This document shows positions 41,536 to 51,249 of a DNA stretch of 64,000 nucleotides, one piece after another. The notes beneath the pieces are model-generated. The model had not been told where the DNA came from, did no database searches, and saw only the letters and a list, made by a program, of their open reading frames with translations. Every line of letters begins with the position of its first letter. The stretch's first letter is position 1. The translations under genes were made by a program, and so were the position numbers. The DNA lies in the IMG/VR virus record IMGVR_UViG_3300050821_013430, positions 124,001 through 188,000 of that record. The stretch is one strand, 5' to 3'.

Positions 41536-41820
41536 ATGTCGCCAGAAGAACTCATCAAGTTAGCCGATCTATTTAGCCAAGAGGCTGAAAAGGGAAAACA
41601 GCGTATCCAATACGCCCCATTACCAAAAGGTAATTTGGCTGTCCTAGATAGGGTAAATAAAATAATTTCTCAACTAAATAAGATCAAATATTCTATTCAG
41701 CACGGATCGATCGAAATAGGGTGGTGGAAAAAATTATTGATGAGCGGCTCTCTTGGTGGGATTGAAGATGAGGTTGATGATTTATTGAGCGATATCAATA
41801 AATACGATATTAAAAAATGA
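41536..41820 (+). CDS. Hypothetical protein
   Basis: 94-aa ORF on the opposite strand; N-terminus LIKLADLF resembles that of 53650. Confidence 0.5.
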   Translation: MSPEELIKLADLFSQEAEKGKQRIQYAPLPKGNLAVLDRVNKIISQLNKIKYSIQHGSIEIGWWKKLLMSGSLGGIEDEVDDLLSDINKYDIKK

Positions 41821-41981
41821 TGCTTCCACAATTCTTCTATGAGAAGCAGAAGAAAGAAAAGCGAAAACAACCAATTCAACTACCAATTGAATTGGATCAG
41901 CCTCTTCCGCAAGAAAGGCCCAAGAAAGAGGAAGAAGAACCAAGAATAGTGATTATTGAGTTATTTGACAAACGAATTTAG
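41817..41981 (+). CDS. Small hypothetical protein (54 aa)
   Basis: ATGA overlap with the previous ORF; MMLPQFFYEKQKKEKRKQPIQLPIELDQPLPQERPKKEEEEPRIVIIELFDKRI. Confidence 0.45.
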   Translation: MMLPQFFYEKQKKEKRKQPIQLPIELDQPLPQERPKKEEEEPRIVIIELFDKRI

Positions 41982-42662
41982 GGCGTCTCGAATATCTTTA
42001 CCATCAATTTCGTTGCCAAAACAATTCCAACCCGCACGTTCTCGACGGGCAAAAATTTCCATACGCTTGCCTGCAGTTGTAGGAAACATCGCTTCCAATT
42101 TATCCTGCAATACTTCCGGCTTTTGAGAGTGTTTCAAATTGGGAGCGAAGAAAACGGTGCGTTGAGACTTATCTTCCAATTTGTCGTAAATTTTCCCCCG
42201 CACACCTATCAAAACAATTTCATGCGCATTCCTTCCGAGCCTACCCATACCAAAAGATAGAATGCTATCCTCCTTAGAATTGAAATCAAATCTATCGACA
42301 AATTGTAATGCTTCATCAATTTTTTCCGGCTTCTTTTTAGCGACCTGTAATGTCTTACGCAAATCCTCGAAAGGATCGATTTTGGTTTTAGCCCATACCC
42401 AAATTTGTTTTTGCTCAAAACCCCAAGCAGTCATCAATCGAATCCCGTCAGCAATCATAGATGACGGTACCCAAAGAGCTAATAAACTACCTGCTGGATC
42501 AGCAATATCCGCAATAGGAAGTTTAGCCAATTCTTCAATGGTAAGAGTGGGGTAGTTGGCCTCAGCGCCTCTGGGGACATCCGAGTTTTGTAATTTATCA
42601 GAAAATTCATATGGCGGATCACACACAACTACCTGCATTTTGTCTTTCATAATAATCACCAA
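41961..42662 (-). CDS. MT-A70 family N6-adenine methyltransferase
   Basis: DPPY, LALWV, WVWAK, HSQKPE, EIFARR..GW..FGNE. Confidence 0.9.
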   Translation of the reverse strand: MVIIMKDKMQVVVCDPPYEFSDKLQNSDVPRGAEANYPTLTIEELAKLPIADIADPAGSLLALWVPSSMIADGIRLMTAWGFEQKQIWVWAKTKIDPFEDLRKTLQVAKKKPEKIDEALQFVDRFDFNSKEDSILSFGMGRLGRNAHEIVLIGVRGKIYDKLEDKSQRTVFFAPNLKHSQKPEVLQDKLEAMFPTTAGKRMEIFARRERAGWNCFGNEIDGKDIRDALNSFVK

Positions 42663-42679
42663 TACTAAATAAGATCGTC

Positions 42680-43456
42680 TTACTTGACGATCAATGTTTC
42701 GATTTCTTGCGGAACGGAACGACCGTCCACCGTAATTTCTTGCTTGATTTCTAATTTTTCTTTCAATGAGTTTTGGCTTTTCTTGACCAAAATTTGATAC
42801 TTACCAGGCTTGAGGGATGCTTGCCATTTACCGGACGCACCTGTTCTAGTCTTAGACTCTAAAAGATTCATTTCATTATACACTTCGATATCTGCCAAAA
42901 ATACTGCCTTGTTATTCTTATCGACGATTCTTTGTATAACTGGTATTTTACTATTAGTTAATTCAGGAGATGGAAGCGTTTCGGTCGGAGGCTTGAACTT
43001 GACTGAAACATTAGGAGATGGCATAGCAGGTAATTGAACTACCGCTTCTTCAACTTTCGACTTCTGTCGTTCTGGGAATCGATGTTCAGGACTGAAAGTT
43101 TCAGGACGAGAATTTCGTGTAAAACCTTTTGGATTTGTTTCTAACGTCAAATTGGTTTCTGGCATAGTCAAATCAGGAGGTAGCGCCAGATTATGAGGAT
43201 TATAGATTTGAGATGGTAAAACATTGATAGTAGTTTTACCATTGGTACCCATAGGATATCCACTTGCCTCAACTGTTGGTCTAGGGATAGAAACTTCTTG
43301 TTTGGATGGAAGAGTATTTAGAGTATCCAAAAGCTGACTAAGTTTATTGGACAATACATTGATGTTTAGATTTTGAGCACGAACAATCCCAAGAAGAGCA
43401 TCTACTTTGGATTCCAACTCTAATAAAACTTCAGTCGCTTTTTTCGGCTCTGTCAT
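42680..43456 (-). CDS. Hypothetical protein with C-terminal carboxypeptidase-regulatory-like beta domain
   Basis: TRTGASGKWQASLKPGKYQI pattern. Confidence 0.5.
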   Translation of the reverse strand: MTEPKKATEVLLELESKVDALLGIVRAQNLNINVLSNKLSQLLDTLNTLPSKQEVSIPRPTVEASGYPMGTNGKTTINVLPSQIYNPHNLALPPDLTMPETNLTLETNPKGFTRNSRPETFSPEHRFPERQKSKVEEAVVQLPAMPSPNVSVKFKPPTETLPSPELTNSKIPVIQRIVDKNNKAVFLADIEVYNEMNLLESKTRTGASGKWQASLKPGKYQILVKKSQNSLKEKLEIKQEITVDGRSVPQEIETLIVK

Positions 43457-43464
43457 AGAATATC

Positions 43465-44118
43465 CTAACTACTAATGAAAACTCCGGCTTTTACTTCCAA
43501 TCGTCGTAGAACGATCAAATCATCCATACTTTTCTGTTCTATGCCGGAAAACTCACCGAACAAAATTGCTTGCACTGCTTCTTGCACCTCTTCTTGAGAG
43601 CCAACAACCACAACATCGCCATCAACTAATAGTACAAATTCTCCTATAGAGATAGCGATCTCATCCGATTTAGTTTCTGATTGCAGATCATCAACTAATT
43701 GATTATCGAGTTTGGTTGACATCTGTAATGATTGAATATCCACAAATTCATTATTATCAATCACTTCAGCAATATCCGATAATTGAACAACATCCTCTTC
43801 TTCTAAAACTTCACCATTCCAAGATTGTTCAATGTTATTCCCATTATTAGGGAGAGGAATAAACCCGGACGTCGGGGGAAGATTGGCATATGGCACATTC
43901 CTTGGAACAATAGTAGGAGTAGTGCGTTGCGGGCCCGGAATCGCAGCAATAATATTGACTCGATTAGGAGTAGGGTTGCTCTTATCACTAACCTGCGCTC
44001 CACCTACTTCTGCAGGATGAATGCCTTGCGTTTGATAATGCGGAATGTATGGTGTATATGGCTTTTCTGGAACTTTGCGTAGCGGATTAGTAAAATACTT
44101 TGGTTTTGTATCAGTCAT
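43465..44118 (-). CDS. Hypothetical protein
   Basis: 217-aa ORF. Confidence 0.55.
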   Translation of the reverse strand: MTDTKPKYFTNPLRKVPEKPYTPYIPHYQTQGIHPAEVGGAQVSDKSNPTPNRVNIIAAIPGPQRTTPTIVPRNVPYANLPPTSGFIPLPNNGNNIEQSWNGEVLEEEDVVQLSDIAEVIDNNEFVDIQSLQMSTKLDNQLVDDLQSETKSDEIAISIGEFVLLVDGDVVVVGSQEEVQEAVQAILFGEFSGIEQKSMDDLIVLRRLEVKAGVFISS

Positions 44119-44437
44119 TGGTTTCTCTTTGCTTGCGATATTTCTTCATACGAGCTTCTTTATTTTCTGCTTCGAAAGCCTTGCGACGTGATTCTGCCTG
44201 CTTACGACGTCTCTTGACGGAAGGCTTTTCATAAGATTGTCGTTCCTTATATGTAGAAAGGACTCTCTCTTTTTGTACAATAGCTCGAAAGGCTTTTAGG
44301 GCACGATCGAAATTATCACCGCGTACGATGACTTGTAAATGTTCAGCTTGAACTGGCACATGCTCATTTGTATTTTCACCTCCATTCAGACCGAGCTTAG
44401 CAAATTGTTTTGTTTCAGTTTGATTATCGCGTGTCAT
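44111..44437 (-). CDS. rpsU: 30S ribosomal protein bS21 with N-terminal extension
   Basis: VIVRGDNFDRALKAF...KERQSYEKPSVKRRRK. Confidence 0.88.
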   Translation of the reverse strand: MTRDNQTETKQFAKLGLNGGENTNEHVPVQAEHLQVIVRGDNFDRALKAFRAIVQKERVLSTYKERQSYEKPSVKRRRKQAESRRKAFEAENKEARMKKYRKQRETND

Positions 44438-44509
44438 AAAAAATATCTATCCTCGTTTGGGAGAAACTCTCCCATCGACCAATGATATATCCGTCTCTTC
44501 CAAAGATTT

Positions 44510-46318
44510 TCAGAAAGCCCGTTCTGTTATTGTTTTGATATTACGGCACGATGGAAACCCAGTGCAGCCGAGGAATTTCCCACCACCATCTCGAATAGTT
44601 TTGACTACCATTGGACTATTACACTGCTCGCAAATTTGCGCTCCAAAAGAAACATAAGCTTTATTCAGCTGCTCCTTGAACGGGACGAAAAATTCTCTTA
44701 GCATTTGGATATGATCTTGTTTCCCTTCTGCGATTTGATCCAATTTGTTTTCTAATTCGGCGGTATAATCAAACCGCAAAAAGTCAAAAAATTGAATGAG
44801 AGTATCAGTAATTTTCTTACCTAATTCAGTAGCATGAAATACACTACCCTGTTTTTCTACATAATTACGGGCGGTAATTTTACTCAACAATTCCGCATAG
44901 GTGCTGGGACGCCCAATATTCTTATTATCCAATTCCTTGATCAATTTCTCTTCGGAGTAGCGAGGCGGGGGCTGAGTAAATTTTTGTTCTGCTTGCACCG
45001 GCTTCTTGCCAAAAAGATATAGCCGCTCTCCGACCGAGAGTTGAGGTAAATTCAATTCACCAGTTTCTGCCTGAACGAAATTCAATACTTCCAAAAATCC
45101 CTTAGATTTTAGAGCTTTGCCAGTAGCTTTGACTTGTAATTCCGGCTTCCCCTCTACTTGAGCTAGAATTTTCATCGTATCAAATGCGGCTGGGATCATT
45201 TGGCTGGCAATAAAATGCTTCCAAATAACTGCATACACCTTTTGTTCGATGGGATCGACCATTTCCACATTATCATCCGGATGTAGTGAAAGATCAGTTG
45301 GACGAATGCACTCATGGGCGTCTTGGGCTGAATTTTTATTCTTGAACGTATTAGCTTTGGAAGGCATTGATAAATTATTAGTTTTGAGCCAATTCCTCGC
45401 CTCATCAATAGCTTCTGGCGCGATGCGCGTTGAATCCGTTCTAATGTAAGTACAATACCCACTCTCATATAAACTTTGAGCTGCATGCATTGTTTGTCCG
45501 GCTGAAATGCCAAAAGTTTTAGACATTACTCGTTGTAGAGTGGAAGTAATCATCGGCGGAGGTGCGGATTTCAATTCTTCCTTAGCTTCTACTTCGGAAA
45601 CTATGTATTCTTTTCCTTCCAATTCGTATTTGATTTTCATCGCATCGAGCTTATTGGTAATTCTACTTGAACAATATTTGGCCAAGAAATTGGTCTTCTG
45701 AATTACCTTGTCCTTAGTAAGATTGGTAGTCAGTGTCCAAAATTCTTCTGGCTTGAATTGTTCTATTTCTCTTTCCCGATCAATGACCATTCGTACAACG
45801 ACCGATTGGACACGACCGGCCGAAAGGGTTTGGTTATAAGCATTACATAAAAATGGTGAAGCGGTAAACCCTACAAGACGATCTAGTATACGACGGGCTT
45901 CCTGAGAGTGAAATAAATTGACATCCACACCACGAGTCTTTTTGATGGCCTGTTGAACGGCCTTTTTAGTGATTTCATTGAAAACTATTCGTTGAATGGG
46001 TTTGCCCAAATCTTTGAGCCGATCTTGCAAATGCCAAGAGATGCTCTCGCCTTCTCTGTCCTCGTCTGAGGCTAAAAGAATTTGATCGCATTGCGTGGCC
46101 GTTTCCATAAGACCAGCTAAAATTACTACTTTGTCATCTTGCAAAACATATTTGGGGCGAAAATTATTCTTGACATCTACGCCAAGTCCATGTTTACCGC
46201 CCTTAGCAAGATCAGTGATATGTCCTTGACACGCTTTGACAATATAATTCTCATTGAGAAATTTACCAATAGTCTTGGCTTTTTTAGGACTTTCTACAAT
46301 CACTAATGTTTTATTCAT
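44510..46318 (-). CDS. topA: DNA topoisomerase I (type IA)
   Basis: LVIVESPKKAK, DEDREGE, SAGRVQS, catalytic TYIRTDS, AHECIRPT, GRPSTY, C-terminal Zn ribbon. Confidence 0.96.
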   Translation of the reverse strand: MNKTLVIVESPKKAKTIGKFLNENYIVKACQGHITDLAKGGKHGLGVDVKNNFRPKYVLQDDKVVILAGLMETATQCDQILLASDEDREGESISWHLQDRLKDLGKPIQRIVFNEITKKAVQQAIKKTRGVDVNLFHSQEARRILDRLVGFTASPFLCNAYNQTLSAGRVQSVVVRMVIDREREIEQFKPEEFWTLTTNLTKDKVIQKTNFLAKYCSSRITNKLDAMKIKYELEGKEYIVSEVEAKEELKSAPPPMITSTLQRVMSKTFGISAGQTMHAAQSLYESGYCTYIRTDSTRIAPEAIDEARNWLKTNNLSMPSKANTFKNKNSAQDAHECIRPTDLSLHPDDNVEMVDPIEQKVYAVIWKHFIASQMIPAAFDTMKILAQVEGKPELQVKATGKALKSKGFLEVLNFVQAETGELNLPQLSVGERLYLFGKKPVQAEQKFTQPPPRYSEEKLIKELDNKNIGRPSTYAELLSKITARNYVEKQGSVFHATELGKKITDTLIQFFDFLRFDYTAELENKLDQIAEGKQDHIQMLREFFVPFKEQLNKAYVSFGAQICEQCNSPMVVKTIRDGGGKFLGCTGFPSCRNIKTITERAF

Positions 46319-46343
46319 TCTAATACTCTTTCTGCATTATACA

Positions 46344-46760
46344 ATGGAAACTTACTCTAAACTCTCTGAGTTTTTCGAGAAAGTATTGCAAGGCCTACAA
46401 TGCCAACAATCTACACGTGCTTATTTGATTGGTTTATATTCTCAATACCGAATTTCTGATTTTGATCTTTCTAAGGAAAGTATCACGCTACAATTTATAT
46501 CAGCAAAAGAAAATCAAAATTTCGCTACTTATCAACAAGTAGCAGATTGGATTATGTTTTGCCAAACTGTTGTACCACAACATTTACATAATGCTTCTTC
46601 TGATTATTACCGAACTCTTGCCCAACTCTCTTATTATTCTTGCTATCGATTGATAGATCGCAAGTGGCAACTTTATGAGGAATTGGCGGATAGATTTATT
46701 CCTATTGAAATACAAATCAAAACTCTTCTGACTCAGCACTCCATTGATATTGGACATTAG
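46344..46760 (+). CDS. Hypothetical protein
   Basis: Likely start METYSK at 46344; lone plus-strand gene between topA and ftsK. Confidence 0.55.
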   Translation: METYSKLSEFFEKVLQGLQCQQSTRAYLIGLYSQYRISDFDLSKESITLQFISAKENQNFATYQQVADWIMFCQTVVPQHLHNASSDYYRTLAQLSYYSCYRLIDRKWQLYEELADRFIPIEIQIKTLLTQHSIDIGH

Positions 46761-47733
46761 CACAAATTTCGTCTGCCGTAGTATAAGCTACTTGAAATCT
46801 TTCTAGATCATACATTTGACTTTTGATAAGAGCATCGCCCGCTCCTAACAAATTTTGGGCACCCGTCGTATCTAAAATGACTTTAGAATCAATTGATGTT
46901 GCCACTTTACAACTAATGCGAGTGGGAAAATTTGCTTTGATACTACCATTGACAATATCAACTGATGGTCGTTGAGTGGCCAAAATTAGGTAGATTCCGG
47001 CAGCTCGACATTTTTGAGCCAAACGACACATTGCGTGTAAAAATTGATGATCGGAATCTTGTAAGATTAGATCGGCAAATTCATCGATCACTAGCACCAT
47101 TGGTGGAAAATCTTTTATTGTAGATCCATACATACGCATCTGCATGAATCGTTCTTCCATATGTTCTGAAACTAATTGTAAAGTTTTTAGTGAGTCTTGA
47201 TAGCCGGTTTGGACTACCACATTGGGATACTGGCTATATTGATAATATTCGGTATTTTTAGGGTCCAAAATATATAGATGGGATTGTTGATAGCGATGTA
47301 GTAAATTACCAATAATCGTATGTAATAAACTACTTTTACCTGAACCAGTACAACCCGCTACAAGCAAATGCGGCGATGCTGCAAGATCTAGCCACATTGG
47401 ATCTCCAATTAGAGTTTCTCCGATCAAACAAGATAATGTTCCATCGATTGTAGGAAGATGCCACATCGAAGATAAACGCAACATATCGGTACGAGGAGCG
47501 ACAAATTCTACACGGATCTGCCCCTTATCCGGAAGAGGATAAATTGTTGGTTGGCTAGATGCTCTCAACAATAAAGCTATTTCGGCGGAAAATTTCTCTA
47601 ATTGTTTTATGCGCCCGCCGGACTTCAATTCTACATCATAAAATTGAGCGTTTTTATATTCACTATAATCAACGCAATATGCAGGAATCTTGAACGAAGA
47701 TAAGATATTGTTAAACTTTTGGATTTCAATCAT
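46717..47733 (-). CDS. FtsK/SpoIIIE motor-domain protein (no membrane anchor, no gamma domain)
   Basis: PHLLVAGCTGSGKS, LDPK, LVIDEFADL, RAAGI.LILATQRPSVD, LLGAGD. Confidence 0.9.
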   Translation of the reverse strand: MIEIQKFNNILSSFKIPAYCVDYSEYKNAQFYDVELKSGGRIKQLEKFSAEIALLLRASSQPTIYPLPDKGQIRVEFVAPRTDMLRLSSMWHLPTIDGTLSCLIGETLIGDPMWLDLAASPHLLVAGCTGSGKSSLLHTIIGNLLHRYQQSHLYILDPKNTEYYQYSQYPNVVVQTGYQDSLKTLQLVSEHMEERFMQMRMYGSTIKDFPPMVLVIDEFADLILQDSDHQFLHAMCRLAQKCRAAGIYLILATQRPSVDIVNGSIKANFPTRISCKVATSIDSKVILDTTGAQNLLGAGDALIKSQMYDLERFQVAYTTADEICANVQYQWSAESEEF

Positions 47734-47784
47734 TTCGTAGATAGTATCATAATCAAAAATAATAAGAGAGTCAATGACTCTAAA

Positions 47785-48540
47785 TTAGGCGGTAATCAAT
47801 TTGATTCGATCGCCGATTGTAATGTTTTTGGCCTTGCAAGTGCCGTAAGGAAATTCAATTACTAAATCAGAAGGAACATGATCGCCGATCAATTTGGTAG
47901 AATATGGCTCGCCCTTCTGAATCGAAGTAATTCGACCAGCTAAACAAAAAACAATGTCTAACGGACTTATAGTATTTTTCATCCAATATTTTTGCAAACG
48001 AGGCTGATCATATACGAAAGACATTACGGGTGGTGGCCAAGCCACACCCATCAGACCTTGCTCTTGTTCCTGGGCGGTGATAGCTAAAAGCGTAGGAATT
48101 TTTTCTTTCCCAATTAGAAGAAAAGATTCTTGTTTTATAGAAGCCGTGGCTATTTTTGACGCTGCCTTAGGCGTCTCAGCCAAAGGTCCTTTGGCTGGTT
48201 TGCGACGATGTTCTGCATAATATGCTTGTTGTTGAACAATACGATTAGCCTCTTCGGCAAGTTGCTGAAAATTACTGGAAAGTTCCGACAAAAATGTTCC
48301 AATCTCAGCTGGCAACGGTTCGTGAATTTTGGAAATTGGAAGGCCATACCTAGCATCTCCACGTCCGTTCATGCCGCGCTTGAATGCAATTAGTCGGGAA
48401 ATCAACTCTTTGGCTGCTAAATTCCATCGGTCTTTCGCTTCTCGAAGCTGCTCCTGAACGGGATCAGCGCTTCGTTTTCTAGCTATGATTTCCATCAATA
48501 CAAATGCGAAGTTATTGACCTTAGACAATTTCTTCGACAA
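47785..48540 (-). CDS. DUF192-family domain fused to an N-terminal helical domain
   Basis: C-terminal EQEQGLM...YWMKNTISPLDIVF...VIEFPYG...GD; true start may be MEIIAR. Confidence 0.7.
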   Translation of the reverse strand: MSKKLSKVNNFAFVLMEIIARKRSADPVQEQLREAKDRWNLAAKELISRLIAFKRGMNGRGDARYGLPISKIHEPLPAEIGTFLSELSSNFQQLAEEANRIVQQQAYYAEHRRKPAKGPLAETPKAASKIATASIKQESFLLIGKEKIPTLLAITAQEQEQGLMGVAWPPPVMSFVYDQPRLQKYWMKNTISPLDIVFCLAGRITSIQKGEPYSTKLIGDHVPSDLVIEFPYGTCKAKNITIGDRIKLITA

Positions 48541-49147
48541 TAGAATCAGCTAGGTTATATTTTACCGCCTGCTCGGCGGTAAAAAACATATCCGTCTTAC
48601 AATCTTCTTTTAGCTTCTCCAAAGTTTGTCCGGTATGTTTAGATAATAAACGAATAAACATATCATTATGTTGCTTTATGAAATCTAAGTAATTTTCTGA
48701 ATCTACTTGAGTATCTCCTACCATTGGGAAAATACATTGAATGCCATGAATCATAACTTCGGCATGCTTGAAAATAAATCTCTTTCCTTTAGCACCAGTA
48801 GCTAAAAGCACGGCACCAGCCGAATAACATTTTCCAAGACAAATGGTTTTGACTGGTGCAGAAATCATCTGCATCACGTCATAAATATGGGTCAACGCAG
48901 CGACATCGCCTCCGACCGAATTGATGAAAATAGTAATATCTTCTTTTGGATCTAAATGATCATAATAAAGTAGCCATGCGGAAAGAGCGGATGAGACCTC
49001 AGTAGTAAAATCTTCATTGAGAAAGATGATTCGATCTTCTGCTAATTTGATGTAAGACTCAAAATATTTGGAAGGATGTAAATTGAATAATTTTTCTAAT
49101 CCTGGTGGAAGAAGAGGTAGGGGCGGTAATGGTACGGCTTTATTCAT
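48521..49147 (-). CDS. clpP: ClpP protease subunit (catalytic triad intact)
   Basis: DRIIFL, INSVGG, catalytic Ser in CYSAG, His in MIHG, Asp in KTDMFF, YNLAD. Confidence 0.9.
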   Translation of the reverse strand: MNKAVPLPPLPLLPPGLEKLFNLHPSKYFESYIKLAEDRIIFLNEDFTTEVSSALSAWLLYYDHLDPKEDITIFINSVGGDVAALTHIYDVMQMISAPVKTICLGKCYSAGAVLLATGAKGKRFIFKHAEVMIHGIQCIFPMVGDTQVDSENYLDFIKQHNDMFIRLLSKHTGQTLEKLKEDCKTDMFFTAEQAVKYNLADSIVEEIV

Positions 49148-49762
49148 TTATGATCTCTTTCCTAAAATTACACGATCAATAAGCCCAAAACTTTGAGCCT
49201 TCTTTGGTGTATAAAAAACTTTATGCTCAAATTCCGCCATTACTTTTGTAATTGAATTTTTACTATGTTTAGCCAATAATTCCATGAAATCTTTATTATC
49301 AGCTTGAAATCTTTTCATTTCAGTTTTAGCATTACCAACGGTAGAATAAAATCCACCTTCATGAGTAAGTTGCGAAGGACTAATCACCGCATTCGCGGTT
49401 GCGTGCCTAAGGCCTGGTGTCCCGGCCGCTAAAAGCAACACTGCTTCATTTTGCGCCATTCCGACACAATAGGTTTCAATTTGAGAACGAACTAATTGCA
49501 TCATATCATAAATCATAAATGTATTCCGAATATCTCCTCCATCTGAATTGATAAAAAGAGAAATTTTTTGAGTAGTATCCTCAAAATCTCGTAATAAAAG
49601 AGTTGCAATCGTATCTGTCGCCATCTGATCATCAATACGACCATTGATGAAAAGAATTCGATCGTTTGCTAGCTTGGCGAAAATATCGATAGGTACCACA
49701 CCCATTTCAGTCTGTTCAGCGGTTATAGTATTCAAATAATTATCGCGCTCCTCTCTTTGCAA
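49148..49762 (-). CDS. ClpP-like subunit, catalytically inactive (ClpR-like)
   Basis: DIFAKLANDRILF, INSDGG, FGLID present; Ser position reads AQNEA and His position reads SPSQL. Confidence 0.8.
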   Translation of the reverse strand: MQREERDNYLNTITAEQTEMGVVPIDIFAKLANDRILFINGRIDDQMATDTIATLLLRDFEDTTQKISLFINSDGGDIRNTFMIYDMMQLVRSQIETYCVGMAQNEAVLLLAAGTPGLRHATANAVISPSQLTHEGGFYSTVGNAKTEMKRFQADNKDFMELLAKHSKNSITKVMAEFEHKVFYTPKKAQSFGLIDRVILGKRS

Positions 49763-50087
49763 TCATTTCTTGTTCTTCTGCACATGAAATACATAAAGTA
49801 AAATATGGATTAGTTTCTAATCTTTTTTCATTGATTTGATCCGAACACTCTTCACAAAATCCAAAAGTATTATTCTGAATTTTAGTTAGAGCGTTTTCTA
49901 TTTTTTTCATTTTTTCTGTATCTCTATAATTCAATTGACTTATCAAAGCAACTAATATATTTCCTTGAATTTCATCAGTTTCATCTCCATCCACATCAAT
50001 TTCATTATCCCGATGCGGTTTAGAAAGTAAAAGATTTTTTTGATTTATAAGACTCTTTTTGATTTTTTCGATTACTGTTTTTCTCAT
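49740..50087 (-). CDS. dksA: DksA/TraR C4 zinc-finger protein
   Basis: Coiled-coil tip GDETDEI; ALTKI...FGFCEECSDQINEKRL..P...CISC; likely start MRKTVI. Confidence 0.85.
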   Translation of the reverse strand: MRKTVIEKIKKSLINQKNLLLSKPHRDNEIDVDGDETDEIQGNILVALISQLNYRDTEKMKKIENALTKIQNNTFGFCEECSDQINEKRLETNPYFTLCISCAEEQEMIAKRGAR

Positions 50088-50094
50088 TGAACGC

Positions 50095-50436
50095 TCAATT
50101 CTCCTTAGTTTGCGTCTCGCTAAAAGTTTTGTCAATATCCAAATTACTGGTCAAAATACGACTGATCGCTTTGGACAATTTGAATCTTACTGCACGATGA
50201 CCTCGTGTTATATCCATTTTTTTTGTTGAAATATTGACGTGTCGTTTATCTGGTAATTTTTGATAATGAAAGTCACCAAAATTACCAATTTTGATTTCAC
50301 CTGTTTCCAACAATTCATCTCGTAATTCTTCTAAGAGAATAGAAATTACACCACGAACATGATATACTGGAATAATTCCTTTTAGTTTTTGAGATACAAT
50401 TTTGTATAATTTGCTGGGAAAAATTTTATCATTCAT
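50095..50436 (-). CDS. HU/IHF-like DNA-binding protein
   Basis: GEIKIGNFGDF...VRFKLS; likely start MNDKIF. Confidence 0.8.
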   Translation of the reverse strand: MNDKIFPSKLYKIVSQKLKGIIPVYHVRGVISILLEELRDELLETGEIKIGNFGDFHYQKLPDKRHVNISTKKMDITRGHRAVRFKLSKAISRILTSNLDIDKTFSETQTKEN

Positions 50437-50935
50437 TTGATGACACTTTCGAATCACTATATTGAATAAATGATTTCATTTTATCAATCAAATAAGGCTT
50501 CGTGGCGGGAACCCAAGGCTGATGAAAATCTTTCAAATTTTCCATACCAGCTAAAAAAGTAGCTTGCAAATAAGTGCTCGTTTCTAACCATTTTCCATTA
50601 GTAAAAAATGCTAACAAACCATCAAAAGATTCTTTACTGGAATTATCAAAACATAAATAACAACCATAAGTGGGACATTTTTCCAATTCCACTATCACCG
50701 CATATTCTGAATTAGATTTCACACTAAAATCAGCGCACAATATTTTCATTACTGCGCCAATATTAGCCTGAGCTGACCACAAAGAAGCCGTATATTCCCC
50801 CTCCTCATCGGAAAACAAAAGCCCCTCTTTCAAATGAAAAGCATCAGTGGTAATGGGCGATAGTATTTTTTTGGTCAACCCGAGATTGCCATAGATATGA
50901 TCCAAAATTTGGTTGAGTAATTTTTGATTAGTCAT
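50429..50935 (-). CDS. Hypothetical protein
   Basis: 168-aa ORF. Confidence 0.55.
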   Translation of the reverse strand: MTNQKLLNQILDHIYGNLGLTKKILSPITTDAFHLKEGLLFSDEEGEYTASLWSAQANIGAVMKILCADFSVKSNSEYAVIVELEKCPTYGCYLCFDNSSKESFDGLLAFFTNGKWLETSTYLQATFLAGMENLKDFHQPWVPATKPYLIDKMKSFIQYSDSKVSSNE

Positions 50936-51249
50936 TTTGTTCTAAGTTTTCCTAAAAGCGATCCGAAATCTTTGAGATCAATTTTGAGTTTAGGAAGCGC
51001 GGCGAGTTTATCGTTGATGTATTGTTCATAAGCAAAAGAATCACTATTACTCCTACGTTTGGCTAATTCTTCCATTGCTAACTTAGCAAGTTCAGCATAC
51101 ATTCCTAAATATCTTTGGGCGACAACAAGATCAGCTAATTTAGTATTAGGTAGTTCTGGTATGCGTTGAATAATTTCTTCTTCGGAAAGAGATTCTCCTT
51201 CGATCTCGTCGGGAAGAAATTCTGAAATATCATAAAGTCCTTTGATCAT
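50932..51249 (-). CDS. Hypothetical protein
   Basis: 105-aa ORF. Confidence 0.55.
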   Translation of the reverse strand: MIKGLYDISEFLPDEIEGESLSEEEIIQRIPELPNTKLADLVVAQRYLGMYAELAKLAMEELAKRRSNSDSFAYEQYINDKLAALPKLKIDLKDFGSLLGKLRTK

